Assembly (NCBI GenBank): GCA_963674755.2
Contig: CAXXVS010000002.1
Span: 1,536,001-1,600,000 of the forward strand
Length of the DNA: 64,000 nucleotides
Reading direction: 5' to 3'
Origin: Desulfobacterales bacterium
GTDB taxonomy: Bacteria > Desulfobacterota > Desulfobacteria > Desulfobacterales > UBA5852
Within the stretch, counting starts at the first letter, position 1. The number at the start of each line of letters is the position of its first letter. Position numbers and translations under genes: made by a program. Shown one piece after another: positions 50,839 through 61,456 of this stretch. The notes under the pieces were generated by a model. It did no database searches. It worked only from the letters and a program-made list of their open reading frames with translations, and was not told the DNA's origin.

Positions 50839-51172
50839 GAGCATCCCTAACGATCTGTCAACCAAATCGGTGCCGGGGTATGGACACATTGCGTACCCGG
50901 TTGCCCGCCCTCTGACCATCGCGCAAGCCACGACGAGGCAAAAGACATCCCTAACGTCATCGCGCGGTATATGCCTGAAAAACGGCATAAGAAGGCACCT
51001 AATCGTTCAAGCAATCGATGATGTCGGCCGATATATATAGGATGAAAACTTAAAAACTGATTTATCGTGCGTCGACGGGCGATTTAAGACCGTGCCCACG
51101 CGGATGGTTGCCAAACTGAGAGCCCCAAAGAACAAGTTTTCATCTCCACCAGATCAATCAAAGGAAAACGTC

Positions 51173-53212
51173 GTGACTGACTTTGATTCGAAAAAAAGCA
51201 GCGTCATTACAGCAAGCGATAATTTGAACATGGTCCGCGGCGTTTCCCGTCGGGAATTTGTAAAATATTCCGCCGGTGCGATTGCCGGCCTTTGTATGGG
51301 CGGGCTGACGACGGCCTGTGGCATCGGCCGGAAGGCCCCGCCGATTCAGCCGATCCAGGGCTACCCGATCAGCGGAAATGTTGTTAAGACGACGGAACAG
51401 ATGCTGGCCTTTCCCATGCCGGCGACGCCGTCGGGACCCGACTCGGGGACAGGGCTTTATCCGACCGAGCTGCCGCTGATCTCGGAGTATGCACAATACG
51501 GATACGGCGCGTATGAGGTGATTGCCACAGGGCTTCCCGTCGTGCCGCGCTACGATCTCCTGCCGGACCCCGATCGTTACGCGAAGCCCGCCAGGCGCAA
51601 GCAGCTCGCCCACTTTTTTGCCATGACCGACATCCATATCACCGACAAGGAAGCCCCCAATCAGTTGATCTATATCCAGCAGGCGGATGCCCGTTTCGGC
51701 GCGCCCGTGACCTCGATCTATTCACCGGTCATGCTGTACACGCCCCATGTGCTCGATGCCGCCATCCAGACCATCAATGCCCTGCACCAAAAAACACCCT
51801 TTGATTTCGGCATTTCCCTGGGGGACACATGCAATAATACTCAGTATAACGAGCTGCGCTGGTATCTTGATATCATCGACGGCAAAGTCATCACCCCCAG
51901 TTCGGGCGCGCATCTCGGTGCCGACTGCATTGATTACCAAAAACCCTTCCAAGCCGCCGGCCTCGACAAGTCGATCCCGTGGTATCAGGTCCTCGGCAAC
52001 CACGATCATTTTTATATCGGCTCCATCGCCGTGGATGCCGATCCCACGCTTGGCATCCGCGAGGCGTACGTCGGCAACAAGGTCTGGGCGATCGGGGACC
52101 TCCTGCTGCCGAATCAGAATTACGTCGGACATCATTTCCCCTGCATGCTTGATTCGACATTCAACCTGACGGAATTGCCGCAGTCCTACATGGGGGTCAT
52201 TGACGGATCGACCCCAACCGGCACGATCAAATATGCCGGGCCCCGCGACGCCATCAGTCCTCCCCCGATGGTCACCGCCGATCTCCATCGTCGCTCGCTC
52301 TTGCGAACGGAATGGATCGCGGAGTTTTTCGAAACGCAAACCCTCCCCGTGGGCCACGGCTTCGGTCTCGTGGACCCCGCGATGGGCGAAGGCTTTGCCT
52401 GCTACAGTTTTGCGCCGAAAGCGGACATCCCGCTCAAAATAATCGTGCTTGACGATACGCAGTCTGAAACAGACGGATCACGTGACATTCACGGGCATGG
52501 GGTTTTGGATGAGGCCCGTTGGAATTGGCTCAAGGCGGAACTTGAGGCCGGACAGCGCGACCATCAGCTGATGATCATCGCCGCGCACGTGCCGATTGCC
52601 GTTTCCGGCTATGGCTCGGAGCTGGAGTGGTGGGACTCGGGCAGCGACCCCAATGCGACGGAACAAAATGCCGTAACCTTGACAGAGCTGGTTGCCACGC
52701 TCCAGAAGGCGCCTAATCTTCTCATGTGGATTGCAGGGCACCGCCACCTGAATACGATCAAGGGTTTTCCATCGCCCGACAGGATCAACGCTCCCGAAAA
52801 AGGGTTCTGGCAGGTCGAAACCTCCTCCCTCAGAGATTTCCCGCAGCAATTCCGGACCTTTGAGATCTACCTCAACAGCGATTATACGGTTTCGATCGTG
52901 GCCACCAATGTCGACCCGACCGTGGCTGACGGCACCCCGGCCGCGGCCTCGCGGACCTATGCGGTGGCAACGCAGCAGATTGTCAAAACGAAGTTGCAGG
53001 TCAATTCTGAAAATGTGCCGACAATATATGGCAAGCACGTCGACCCCATGGATCCCACGCGTCCCCAGGACGGCAGCCCAGACCCGACCATTGCGTACGG
53101 GGAGGTGCCGGGAGTCCCCTGCTGCGCCTCATACAATGCGGAGCTCTACAAGCAACTGAGTCCCTCGATGGTCCGCGTCCTGCAAGCGACGTTCCCCGCG
53201 GCTGTCAGTTAA
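51173..53212 (+). CDS. Tat-exported metallophosphoesterase (TIGR03768-like)
   Basis: SRREFVK twin-arginine motif, DIH, GD, GNHD and GHRH calcineurin-like motifs. Start uncertain. Confidence 0.88.
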   Translation: MTDFDSKKSSVITASDNLNMVRGVSRREFVKYSAGAIAGLCMGGLTTACGIGRKAPPIQPIQGYPISGNVVKTTEQMLAFPMPATPSGPDSGTGLYPTELPLISEYAQYGYGAYEVIATGLPVVPRYDLLPDPDRYAKPARRKQLAHFFAMTDIHITDKEAPNQLIYIQQADARFGAPVTSIYSPVMLYTPHVLDAAIQTINALHQKTPFDFGISLGDTCNNTQYNELRWYLDIIDGKVITPSSGAHLGADCIDYQKPFQAAGLDKSIPWYQVLGNHDHFYIGSIAVDADPTLGIREAYVGNKVWAIGDLLLPNQNYVGHHFPCMLDSTFNLTELPQSYMGVIDGSTPTGTIKYAGPRDAISPPPMVTADLHRRSLLRTEWIAEFFETQTLPVGHGFGLVDPAMGEGFACYSFAPKADIPLKIIVLDDTQSETDGSRDIHGHGVLDEARWNWLKAELEAGQRDHQLMIIAAHVPIAVSGYGSELEWWDSGSDPNATEQNAVTLTELVATLQKAPNLLMWIAGHRHLNTIKGFPSPDRINAPEKGFWQVETSSLRDFPQQFRTFEIYLNSDYTVSIVATNVDPTVADGTPAAASRTYAVATQQIVKTKLQVNSENVPTIYGKHVDPMDPTRPQDGSPDPTIAYGEVPGVPCCASYNAELYKQLSPSMVRVLQATFPAAVS

Positions 53213-53291
53213 ACGGCATCGCCATTTCTCACATGTCGCTCCCGTGCAGACCGCCGATGTTGGACGACGAGAGCTCTGGGCGACGACGACC

Positions 53292-53328
53292 AAAAAATTA
53301 GGCCGCCCGGATTTCCGAGGCGGCCTAA
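53292..53328 (-). terminator. Intrinsic terminator downstream of the tRNA
   Basis: TTAGGCCGCC/GGCGGCCTAA stem with a T-tract on the minus strand. Confidence 0.75.
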
Positions 53329-53343
53329 CTTATTGAGTTCATT

Positions 53344-53419
53344 TGGTGGAGATGAAGGGATTCGAACCCTCGACCTCAGCGTTGCGAACGCTGCGCTCTC
53401 CCAGCTGAGCTACATCCCC
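53344..53419 (-). tRNA. tRNA-Ala (anticodon CGC)
   Basis: GGGGATGTAGCTCAGCTGGGAGAGCGCAGCGTT-CGC-AACGCTGAGGTCGAGGGTTCGAATCCCTTCATCTCCACCA; G3:U70 pair, encoded CCA. Confidence 0.97.
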
Positions 53420-53654
53420 ATGGGAAACGGCAGATCTCTTAACAGATCCCACGGCAGGAATCAATTCAAAAAAACCTTGTCAGGACAAGGTTTTTGATTT
53501 ACACCCCCGCGCAACCCGAAAGCGGGCCGGACAACGGCCATTGGCGTCTGGGAATAGCGGCGTCGTGATAGTCTTGCTATCCCCCGGATGGCCATCCGGG
53601 GCCACAGACACCAAATCGCGATTGCGTTGATCATCGAAGGAGCGCTCGAACATC

Positions 53655-55400
53655 ATGAACCACGTCAAGATCACCCTGCAGGATGCCTACAAGACCTCCA
53701 CCTACGACCAGGACAAGATCATGTCGCCGGAGGAGACCGTGGCCGCTTTTAAAAGCCGGCTGCAGGGCGCGAAGCTCGATATCCTGGCTCATACCGAGCG
53801 GATCGACAACGGCCGTCTGGACATTCCCGTCTTTTTCAGCGTATGCGGCCAGGATGCCCAAGAAGTGATCGGCAATAAGAAGCAGATGGGCAAGGGTGCC
53901 AGTCCGGCCCAGGCCGAGGCCAGCGCCGTCATGGAACTGGCCGAGCGCTTCAGCTTTTTCAGCTTCTGCCAGAGCCCGGACCACTTTACCATCGACACCT
54001 ACGCCAACCTCAAAAAGGAGGCCCTGCCCTTCGATCTCATCGCCCGTTCGGTCCACGACACGTCCGGAGATCTGGAGGCCGCGGCGCGAATCTTCGAAAC
54101 CATTCCCATGCGCTGGACCCGGGCCTGGAACCTGACGGCCGGCGGCGAGGTCCTGGTGCCCTTCGACTGGTTTTACGCCATCAACGAGTTCAACGGCCCG
54201 TCGGCCGGCAATTGCCAGGAAGAAGCCCTGAGCCAGGGGATCTGCGAAATCGTGGAACGGCACGTCTCCTCCATCGTGAGCCGAACCAGGCGCCAGACCC
54301 CGGCCATCGACCCGGGCTCGGCCAACGATCCCATGGTCCGCGCCATGCTGCAGAAATACGCAAGCAACGGCATCAACCTCTATGTGCAGGACTTGAGCCT
54401 GGATACCGGCATCCCGACGGTGGGGGTGTTCGCCTATGACCCGGCCAACTTCCCGGGGTCCAGCGAGCTGGTCTGGACGGCCGGCACCACCCCCAGTCCG
54501 GAAAAAGCCTTCAGCCGGGCCCTGACCGAAGTGGCCCAACTGGCCGGCGACTTCAATTCCGGCGCCAACTATATGGCCAGCGGACTGCCCAAATACACCC
54601 GCCTGGAACAGGCCGCCTTTCTCATGCAACCCGAAAAGACGGTCCGCTTGGACGCCCTGCCGGACCTCTCCCACGACAATATCCGCATCGAAGTGGAAAA
54701 CCTGGTGGGCGCCCTGGCCCGCAACAACCTGGAGGTTTTGGTGATCGACACCATGCACCCCCAACTTGCCATACCGGCCTTTTACACCATCGTACCGGGC
54801 ACCCATTTCCGGGAACGGGCCCAAGGCACCAGCGTGGGGATGTTTTCCGCCAAACTGGTGGTGGAAAACCAGCCGCCGGAGATCGCCCTTTATGAGCTTG
54901 AGAAATTCGAGAGTCTGCTGCCGGGCCGCTACTACATCCAGTTTTACATGGGGTTATGCCAGTTGAACGCGGACCGTCCCGAGGCCGCCCTGGGCCATTT
55001 CCAGCAAGCCCTGGAGCGCGATCCCGTGGAGGAGGACATCCCCAGCATCTATTCCTACATGGGGGTCTGCCTGAAAGACAGCGGCCGCTATCGTGAGGCT
55101 TTGGAAGTCCTCCAGCGGGGGCTGGCTCTGGACGAGGAGCGCACCGATCTGCACAACCTGATGGGATTTTGCCATTTTCAGCTCAAGGAACACGAACAGG
55201 CCATCGGCTGCTTCGAAAAGGTAATCCGCTTAGATCCCGGCTCGGCCATCGACTACGCCAATATCGCCTCCAACTATCGGGATCTGAACCGGCCGGAGGA
55301 CGCCGTCCGCTATTACCGCATGGCCCTGGAAATCGACCCCACCATCGAATTCGCCCGGGACAACCTGGCCCGTCTGACCGGCGGCAAGCCTCTGGCATGA
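53655..55400 (+). CDS. YcaO-like protein with C-terminal TPR repeats
   Basis: QMGKG...ASAVMELAERFS, NGPSAGN...EIVERH, RALTEVAQ; TPR helices in the last ~150 aa. Confidence 0.9.
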   Translation: MNHVKITLQDAYKTSTYDQDKIMSPEETVAAFKSRLQGAKLDILAHTERIDNGRLDIPVFFSVCGQDAQEVIGNKKQMGKGASPAQAEASAVMELAERFSFFSFCQSPDHFTIDTYANLKKEALPFDLIARSVHDTSGDLEAAARIFETIPMRWTRAWNLTAGGEVLVPFDWFYAINEFNGPSAGNCQEEALSQGICEIVERHVSSIVSRTRRQTPAIDPGSANDPMVRAMLQKYASNGINLYVQDLSLDTGIPTVGVFAYDPANFPGSSELVWTAGTTPSPEKAFSRALTEVAQLAGDFNSGANYMASGLPKYTRLEQAAFLMQPEKTVRLDALPDLSHDNIRIEVENLVGALARNNLEVLVIDTMHPQLAIPAFYTIVPGTHFRERAQGTSVGMFSAKLVVENQPPEIALYELEKFESLLPGRYYIQFYMGLCQLNADRPEAALGHFQQALERDPVEEDIPSIYSYMGVCLKDSGRYREALEVLQRGLALDEERTDLHNLMGFCHFQLKEHEQAIGCFEKVIRLDPGSAIDYANIASNYRDLNRPEDAVRYYRMALEIDPTIEFARDNLARLTGGKPLA

Positions 55401-55448
55401 TGGGGTCCGGTATCCGCCGATCCCCTCCTTTCACAATGCCGGCCCGCA

Positions 55449-55487
55449 GAAAAGGCCTTGCGGCGGCAAAGCCCGCAAGGCCTTTTC
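55449..55487. terminator. Bidirectional terminator between convergent genes
   Basis: GAAAAGGCCTTGCGG/CCGCAAGGCCTTTTC. Confidence 0.8.
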
Positions 55488-55534
55488 AGTTAAGCATGTC
55501 CTCTTAAAGCAGGTCCGGGATCGTGCGGCCCCAC

Positions 55535-56314
55535 TTAGCCGGCCAATTCCTCGGCCAATCGCATGTAATCCCGGGCCCCATAGCTGCCCGGCCGATAGAA
55601 AACCACCGGCTTGCCCACATGGGCGCTTTCGGCCACGGTGATGTTGGACCGGATGACCGTCTCGAACAACAGCGGTCCGTAGCGTTTGTCCGACTTCAGG
55701 CGTTCCAGGGTGTGGTTGCTGACCCGGGTGCGCTGATCGTGAAAGGTGGCTACCACGCCGGTGGTCTTGAGCTTGGTGTTGATGCCCCGGCGAATGGCGC
55801 CGATGGTGTCGAACAGCTCGTTGAGGGCATTGAAGGCGTAAGGTTGGGTCTGGCAGGGCACCAGCACTTCGCCGGCGTAGGCGAAGACGTTGACCGTGAG
55901 CAGGGAAAGGCTGGGGGGCGTATCCAGCAGAATGTAGTCATAGCCGCCGTCGAGACCGGCCAGACCCTGCCGAAGGCGGTTTTCACGCCCTTCCACGTTC
56001 ACCAGCTCCACTTCCGCGCCGGCCAGATCGGGCACCGACGGCAGGCAGGCCAGGCCCTTCCAGCGGGTCGGCAGTACCGCATCGGCCGGGCTGAGCGCTT
56101 CCTCCCCATTGATGAGGTCATAAACCGAATGGGCGATATCATCCGCGCTGATCCCCAGCCCCTGGGTGGCATTGAACTGGGGATCCATGTCCACGATCAG
56201 AACCTGGTAGCCTTCCAGGGACAAGGCCGCGCCGAGGTTGACAATGGTCGCCGTTTTCCCCACCCCGCCCTTTTCGTTGGCCACCGCGATCTTCCGACTC
56301 TTTTTGGACGCCAT
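55535..56314 (-). CDS. ParA/Soj family ATPase (orphan)
   Basis: NEKGGVGKT, DMDPQ, DTPPSL. Confidence 0.93.
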   Translation of the reverse strand: MASKKSRKIAVANEKGGVGKTATIVNLGAALSLEGYQVLIVDMDPQFNATQGLGISADDIAHSVYDLINGEEALSPADAVLPTRWKGLACLPSVPDLAGAEVELVNVEGRENRLRQGLAGLDGGYDYILLDTPPSLSLLTVNVFAYAGEVLVPCQTQPYAFNALNELFDTIGAIRRGINTKLKTTGVVATFHDQRTRVSNHTLERLKSDKRYGPLLFETVIRSNITVAESAHVGKPVVFYRPGSYGARDYMRLAEELAG

Positions 56315-56393
56315 GCACACACCTCCCCTTGCGGTTGCAGCGGGTCAGGTCTGCCGTCGACATCCTCGTACGCACGCGGCGGCGGGTGGCGAA

Positions 56394-58649
56394 TCAGTCG
56401 GGAAGGGCCTCCTGGGGCACAACCGCGTCCCGCAGCCGTTGGGCCCGCTGGAAGAGAAGATCCGTACCGGCCGCAAACGCCCGCAGGGTATCGGCCCGTT
56501 TGCTCTTGTCCGCCTGGCTGGCACCGATCAACTCGGCCATCTGGGTGAGATCGTCCTCGTAGGTCTGAAAACGATCCAGAAGAACTTCCGCGATCTGATT
56601 GGCAGCTGACTCCACCATTGGAAAAATATATCTGAATTTGATGTTTTCGCGATAATCCTTGAAATGGAAGAGAATCGAACGCTCGGTTTCCTTCTTCATG
56701 CGTTCCACCCCGTCCCGGAGGGCCTGGATCTCTTCCTGGCGGCCGTCGGCCACCGGCTTGCGGATCAGTTTGCGAAAGCCCCGCAGAATTTTATAGGCCC
56801 CCAGACGCATGATGGCCTCGGTTTTGACCTTGGCCGAATAGCGCATGGCGGCACTGGCCGACGGCAGTTTGAGGTTGGATGCCTGACGGATGGTGTCCAG
56901 GCCCGGCAGGGCGGTGTGGTGGTTCGGGTGGCCGGTCGGGCCGTCGATGCCCAGCGTCCGGGCCGTGGCTTGGAAATCGCCGACCGCGTCCTGCACCATG
57001 CTGCCGTAAGGGCCGGCCACGTCATGCAGGTATGCCACGATGCGTTGCTCCCGGTCTCGCACGAAATGGAAAATATCCGGGTTGATGGACTCGGCAATGT
57101 AGCCGTCCAGGGCCTGTTTGAACTCCTGGTAGACATGGTAGAGCGTATTCGGAAAACCGGAGGAGGCCATGTTTTCCAGATGCTCCTGCCAGGAGGGCAC
57201 GCTGTAGGAGCGGATAAATTCCAAGAGCCCCTTCATGACATCGCCGGAATGGGGATCGAAGAAGCGGTCCACATCGCCGCGCAATTCTTTGCGGATCTTG
57301 CGGATGCTGCCCTCCAGGGTACTTTTGATCACCGAACGGATGCGCGCCATCTGGTCCTGGTTGCGCATGATCCGCGCGACGATTTCCGTGGCCTTGCTGT
57401 CGTCGGCCAGCAGCAACTCACGCTTCACGCTCACCATGCTGTTCAGGTCGGCCGTCATCACCAGCAGGCGTTCCACATGGTTGCGCAGCAGCAGGACCAT
57501 GGATTCATTGACGAGCTTGTCCTGCAGGGCCGCCAGGAACCGCTCTGTCTCCTGATCGGAGTAAGCCTTCAGAGCCTCATCCTTTTCCCACTGCTCCAGG
57601 CGATGGCGGTCTTTCTCCGACAATTGATCGGGTTGGGCGCGGAAGAGGTTCAACAGGGCCGACAGGGTGTAGATCTCGGGGTTCGGGCGCAGCAGGGCCA
57701 GCTCATCGCCAACGCGTTGCCGCAGCTGCTGCAAGTCTTCCAGGGCGTCGTGTTCGCTGAAATCGGCATTCAGGATGAAGAGCACATTGTCGATGATGCC
57801 CATCTTCTTGATGATGGAGAGAAAGCGGATATCCGCCCGGCGCAGTCCCGTGCGGCTGCTGATGACGTAGATCAACAGGTGGGTTTGCAGGAGATAATCC
57901 TGAATCATGGCCAGATGCAGGGGATTGGGCGAATCACTGCCCTGACAGTCGGCCAGTTCGACGTGGCGCTTGAGATGCGGGCTGCAGACTTCCAGCCGGA
58001 TGTCGCGCAAATAAACCGCGAGGGCATCGTCGCCGGCGAAATCGCGGTGTTCGGCAAACCGTTCGGCGGAATAGCAGATCGTTTCCGGCGTAGACGCAAT
58101 GATATCACGGACCCGTGCATAGCCCTTGAGATACGAGGAGAGCAGAACACTGTTGGCGTTACGGGTGTCGCGGGACAGCAGTTGTTCGGGATTCAGGTCT
58201 TCCAGGGCGCGCGTCAAGGCCTGGCGCTCATCTTCGCGGCGCATGTCGAAGCCGTCATCGACATGCCAGTCCATGGAGGGGAATAAAACAAGGGCCTGCT
58301 CAATGTCTTCGTTGATTTCATCCCATGTCTTGAACTGCAATTCCGCCTTGAGGGTTTGGCCGCGATGCACCCGGGTAACGAAAGACGTCACCACGCCGGC
58401 GCCGCGCTTGAGATAATCCCCTCCCAGAATGGCATTGGCAAAGGAACTTTTACCGGATTTGATCGGGCCCACGACCGCCACCCGAATGGTCTCTTCATTC
58501 AATTGCTGTTGAATAAGTCGGCAGGCCGCAAGGCTTTTGGTGAGGGACGCTTCGGCCATCCCGTTCGTGGCACCGGCGCGTTCGATGAGGTCGGCAAATT
58601 CCTGGGTAAGATCGATCAGTTGGTTTTTGATATCGTCGTAAGCTTGCAT
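56394..58649 (-). CDS. Dynamin-family (BDLP-like) GTPase
   Basis: GPIKSGKS, T, DCQG motifs followed by a long helical stalk. Confidence 0.85.
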   Translation of the reverse strand: MQAYDDIKNQLIDLTQEFADLIERAGATNGMAEASLTKSLAACRLIQQQLNEETIRVAVVGPIKSGKSSFANAILGGDYLKRGAGVVTSFVTRVHRGQTLKAELQFKTWDEINEDIEQALVLFPSMDWHVDDGFDMRREDERQALTRALEDLNPEQLLSRDTRNANSVLLSSYLKGYARVRDIIASTPETICYSAERFAEHRDFAGDDALAVYLRDIRLEVCSPHLKRHVELADCQGSDSPNPLHLAMIQDYLLQTHLLIYVISSRTGLRRADIRFLSIIKKMGIIDNVLFILNADFSEHDALEDLQQLRQRVGDELALLRPNPEIYTLSALLNLFRAQPDQLSEKDRHRLEQWEKDEALKAYSDQETERFLAALQDKLVNESMVLLLRNHVERLLVMTADLNSMVSVKRELLLADDSKATEIVARIMRNQDQMARIRSVIKSTLEGSIRKIRKELRGDVDRFFDPHSGDVMKGLLEFIRSYSVPSWQEHLENMASSGFPNTLYHVYQEFKQALDGYIAESINPDIFHFVRDREQRIVAYLHDVAGPYGSMVQDAVGDFQATARTLGIDGPTGHPNHHTALPGLDTIRQASNLKLPSASAAMRYSAKVKTEAIMRLGAYKILRGFRKLIRKPVADGRQEEIQALRDGVERMKKETERSILFHFKDYRENIKFRYIFPMVESAANQIAEVLLDRFQTYEDDLTQMAELIGASQADKSKRADTLRAFAAGTDLLFQRAQRLRDAVVPQEALPD

Positions 58650-58955
58650 GCCGCCTTTAGTGCGATGGGGCCTCGGGCATTGACCGTCAGCAGTAAGAAA
58701 GTTGTTGGTAACCACAAAAATCCGTTGGCCGGCATTCGCCGGAGTCCTCCTGTAAAGCGTCGGGCGGCCTTCCGGACGGCATCCGTGCGGCTAATGATTA
58801 CAATGTCTTACGGAGATTGTCAAAACGAATTGCATCATGGATAATAAGCGGGCCATACTGAATGAAAAACATAAGCTGTTGTAAAATCAATGATTTTATG
58901 TTATTTTGATTGTTCTGAAGCATATCGAACCCGAAGCGCAAAGGGAATAGCCTCC

Positions 58956-59108
58956 ATGTCTGACAAGCACCCGGAATGCCCTCTCTATAACCCCCTCAAC
59001 TGCAAGGAATACTACAATCCCAAGCTCTGCGCATTTGTCCGCAAGGATAAAATCTGTCTCAAGAAGAAAAAACCCAAAGCCAAAAAAAAGAACACTGCAG
59101 ACGCATAA
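58956..59108 (+). CDS. Small Cys/Lys-rich hypothetical protein
   Basis: MSDKHPECPLYNPLNCKEYYNPKLCAFVRKDKICLKK... Confidence 0.6.
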   Translation: MSDKHPECPLYNPLNCKEYYNPKLCAFVRKDKICLKKKKPKAKKKNTADA

Positions 59109-59138
59109 TCTTCCCGTACTCCCGCCGGGGAAGGGCCT

Positions 59139-59705
59139 TCAGGCATGCCCGGCCGCATTCGTCAAAAGGGATGGATCGATCCCCAATTTCCGTATGGCCG
59201 ATTCCCAGCGCTGACCGACCGGAACCTCAAACAGGAGGCTCTCGTCGCAGTCACAGGTCAACCAGGCATTCTGTTGAATTTCCGCTTCCAGTTGGCCGGG
59301 TCCCCAGCCGGCACATCCCAGGCTGATCATAAAGGGGCGGGGGCCCTCCCCGCGGGCAATCCGTTCGAGAATCTCCCGTGTGGTGCTCATCGCCAGCCGC
59401 GGCGTGATCTGCAGACTGGTAAGCGCATCGAAAGGATGTCCGTGCAGGATAAAGACCTCGCTGATATGCACGGGGCCGCCCAGGAAAATCGGGACTTGGC
59501 CGGCGTCGGCTTGATGCGGCATGCCCAGCTCATCGAAAATATTCTCCGCTTTGAGGGTCGGGTGGGTGCGGTTGATGACGATCCCCACCGCGCCCTCGCG
59601 GGTATGTTCGGACAGGCAGACCACCGTCTGATAGAAATTGGGATCCAGCAGACCCGGCATGGCCATCAGAAACTGACCCTTCAAGGATTCGGGATAATCC
59701 GTCAC
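59139..59705 (-). CDS. YqgE/AlgH family protein
   Basis: FLMAMPGLLDPNF, GGPV, GWGPGQLEAEI...W, GHA C-terminus. Confidence 0.93.
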   Translation of the reverse strand: MTDYPESLKGQFLMAMPGLLDPNFYQTVVCLSEHTREGAVGIVINRTHPTLKAENIFDELGMPHQADAGQVPIFLGGPVHISEVFILHGHPFDALTSLQITPRLAMSTTREILERIARGEGPRPFMISLGCAGWGPGQLEAEIQQNAWLTCDCDESLLFEVPVGQRWESAIRKLGIDPSLLTNAAGHA

Positions 59706-59939
59706 ACGTCACCCCATCTTTTTTGCGAAAATATCGTGATGCATCAGCCCATACGTGGAACCGGAAAAGTTGTCAAGCATCAGCCCCCCAATACCTGCTC
59801 GTCGGCGCGCTGTGCCATCTCGCGCAGGAAGTCACATGGTCATTGACGACGACCAGGACACGGCATTGCCAAGTCAGGTTTCCATTGATACGGTGAAAGC
59901 AACGCCACGCTGTTGATGACGCATAGGAGACGCCCAACC

Positions 59940-61283
59940 ATGCCCCCCAAATCATTGCAGGAGATGCGGCAGGACGCCCAGGCTATTTTCAGGGCCGGCG
60001 TGGATGCCGTGGCCCCGGAAGCGGCGATCAGGGCCCACTGCCGCCGGGACGGCCAGTGCTTGCAGGTCGGAACGCAGATCTACGATTTGGCCCGCTATAA
60101 AAAGGTCTGGATCATCGGCACCGGCAAAGCCGCGGCGGCTATGGCCCGCACCCTGGAAGACATGCTGGGCGACCGCATCGCCGGCGGCCTGATCACCGTG
60201 AAATATGGCCACCTGGCGCCTCTGCACACGGTCCGCGTGATCGAAGCGGGCCATCCCCTGCCGGATGCCAACGGCTGTCAGGGGGCCCGCGAAATTCTGG
60301 CCCTTGCCGCGGCGGCCGGACCGCAGGATCTGGTCCTCTGCCTGATTTCCGGGGGCGGCTCCGCTTTGCTGCCGCTGCCGGGCAAGGGGCTGACCCTGGA
60401 AGACAAACAGGCGGCCAACCGGGTGCTGTTGTCCTGCGGCGCCGCCATCCATGAAATGAATACGATCCGCAAACACCTTTCCGCCATCAAGGGGGGGCGT
60501 CTGGCCGCGGCCGTTCATCCGGCCACCCTCGTCACCCTGGTGCTCTCGGACGTGGTGGGGGATGACCTGGATGTGATCGCCTCCGGACCGACCGTTCCGG
60601 ACCCCAGCACCTTTACGGACGCCCTGGCCATTGTGGACCGCTACCATATTGCCGCCGAGCTGCCGGATGCCGTGGTCCGTTATTTGAAAAAGGGGGTGAC
60701 CGGTGAGCTCGACGAATCACCGAAGCCCGGGGATAAATGCTTCGCCCAGGCCCATCACCTGATCGTGGGCAGCAACCGGCAATGCGTGCAGGCCGCACGC
60801 GCGGAGGCGCTCAAGCGCGGCTATCACACGTTGGTGTTGTCCACGCTGATGGAGGGTGAAACCCGTGACGTGGCCCGGGTGCACGGCGCCATGGGACGTG
60901 AAATTCTGGCCAGCGGCCATCCGGTCCCTCCCCCGGCCTGCCTCATTTCCGGCGGTGAAACGACCGTCACCCTGAGGGGCCGGGGACGCGGGGGGCGCAA
61001 TCAGGAATTTGCCCTGGCGGCGGCCTTGGATATCGAAGGCGTCCGGGACGTGGTGGTACTGAGCGGAGGGACCGACGGTACGGACGGCCCCACCGACGCC
61101 GCCGGGGCTATCGTCGATGGCCGGACCACGGCCCGTGCCCGTACCCAGGGCATGGATCCGCGGCGATATCTGGAAGACAACGACGCCTATCCGCTGTTCG
61201 ACCGGTTGGGCGACTTGCTGCGGACGGGCCCCACCAACACCAACGTCATGGACCTCCGACTGGTGTTGGCTTCAAGCCGCTGA
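59940..61283 (+). CDS. Glycerate kinase type 2 (MOFRL family)
   Basis: GTGKAA, ISGGGSAL, GGETTV, GGRNQE, TDGTDGP, TNTNVMD. Confidence 0.93.
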   Translation: MPPKSLQEMRQDAQAIFRAGVDAVAPEAAIRAHCRRDGQCLQVGTQIYDLARYKKVWIIGTGKAAAAMARTLEDMLGDRIAGGLITVKYGHLAPLHTVRVIEAGHPLPDANGCQGAREILALAAAAGPQDLVLCLISGGGSALLPLPGKGLTLEDKQAANRVLLSCGAAIHEMNTIRKHLSAIKGGRLAAAVHPATLVTLVLSDVVGDDLDVIASGPTVPDPSTFTDALAIVDRYHIAAELPDAVVRYLKKGVTGELDESPKPGDKCFAQAHHLIVGSNRQCVQAARAEALKRGYHTLVLSTLMEGETRDVARVHGAMGREILASGHPVPPPACLISGGETTVTLRGRGRGGRNQEFALAAALDIEGVRDVVVLSGGTDGTDGPTDAAGAIVDGRTTARARTQGMDPRRYLEDNDAYPLFDRLGDLLRTGPTNTNVMDLRLVLASSR

Positions 61284-61284
61284 A

Positions 61285-61427
61285 AGTGCCCAGCCCTAAT
61301 GGCATCTTTCGGCCCCTGGCGTCGTTCTCGCTTATTTTCAATCCTCGAAATAGCGGGCTATTCCTCCGGTTGAAAACGCGCTCGGGCCTTGCCAGGAACC
61401 GGAATCTACCCTTTATGGATGGGCACT
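61285..61427 (+). repeat. MITE/REP-like element, copy 3
   Basis: Ends AGTGCCCAGCC...GGATGGGCACT; internal AATCCTCG...GGCCTTGCCAGGAACC similar to the other two copies. Confidence 0.7.
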
Positions 61428-61456
61428 GAAACTCAAATAGTTGCTTAAAATGGCGG

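Noticed and set aside
51139..51151. TTCATCTCCACCA matching the tRNA-Ala 3' end as an island att site
   Set aside because: It is inverted relative to the tRNA, only 13 bp, and has no integrase nearby. I found no direct-repeat copy at the island's left edge.
58956..59108. Small Cys-rich ORF as the YcaO precursor peptide
   Set aside because: It is 3.5 kb away beyond two unrelated genes and looks more like a small metal-binding protein.
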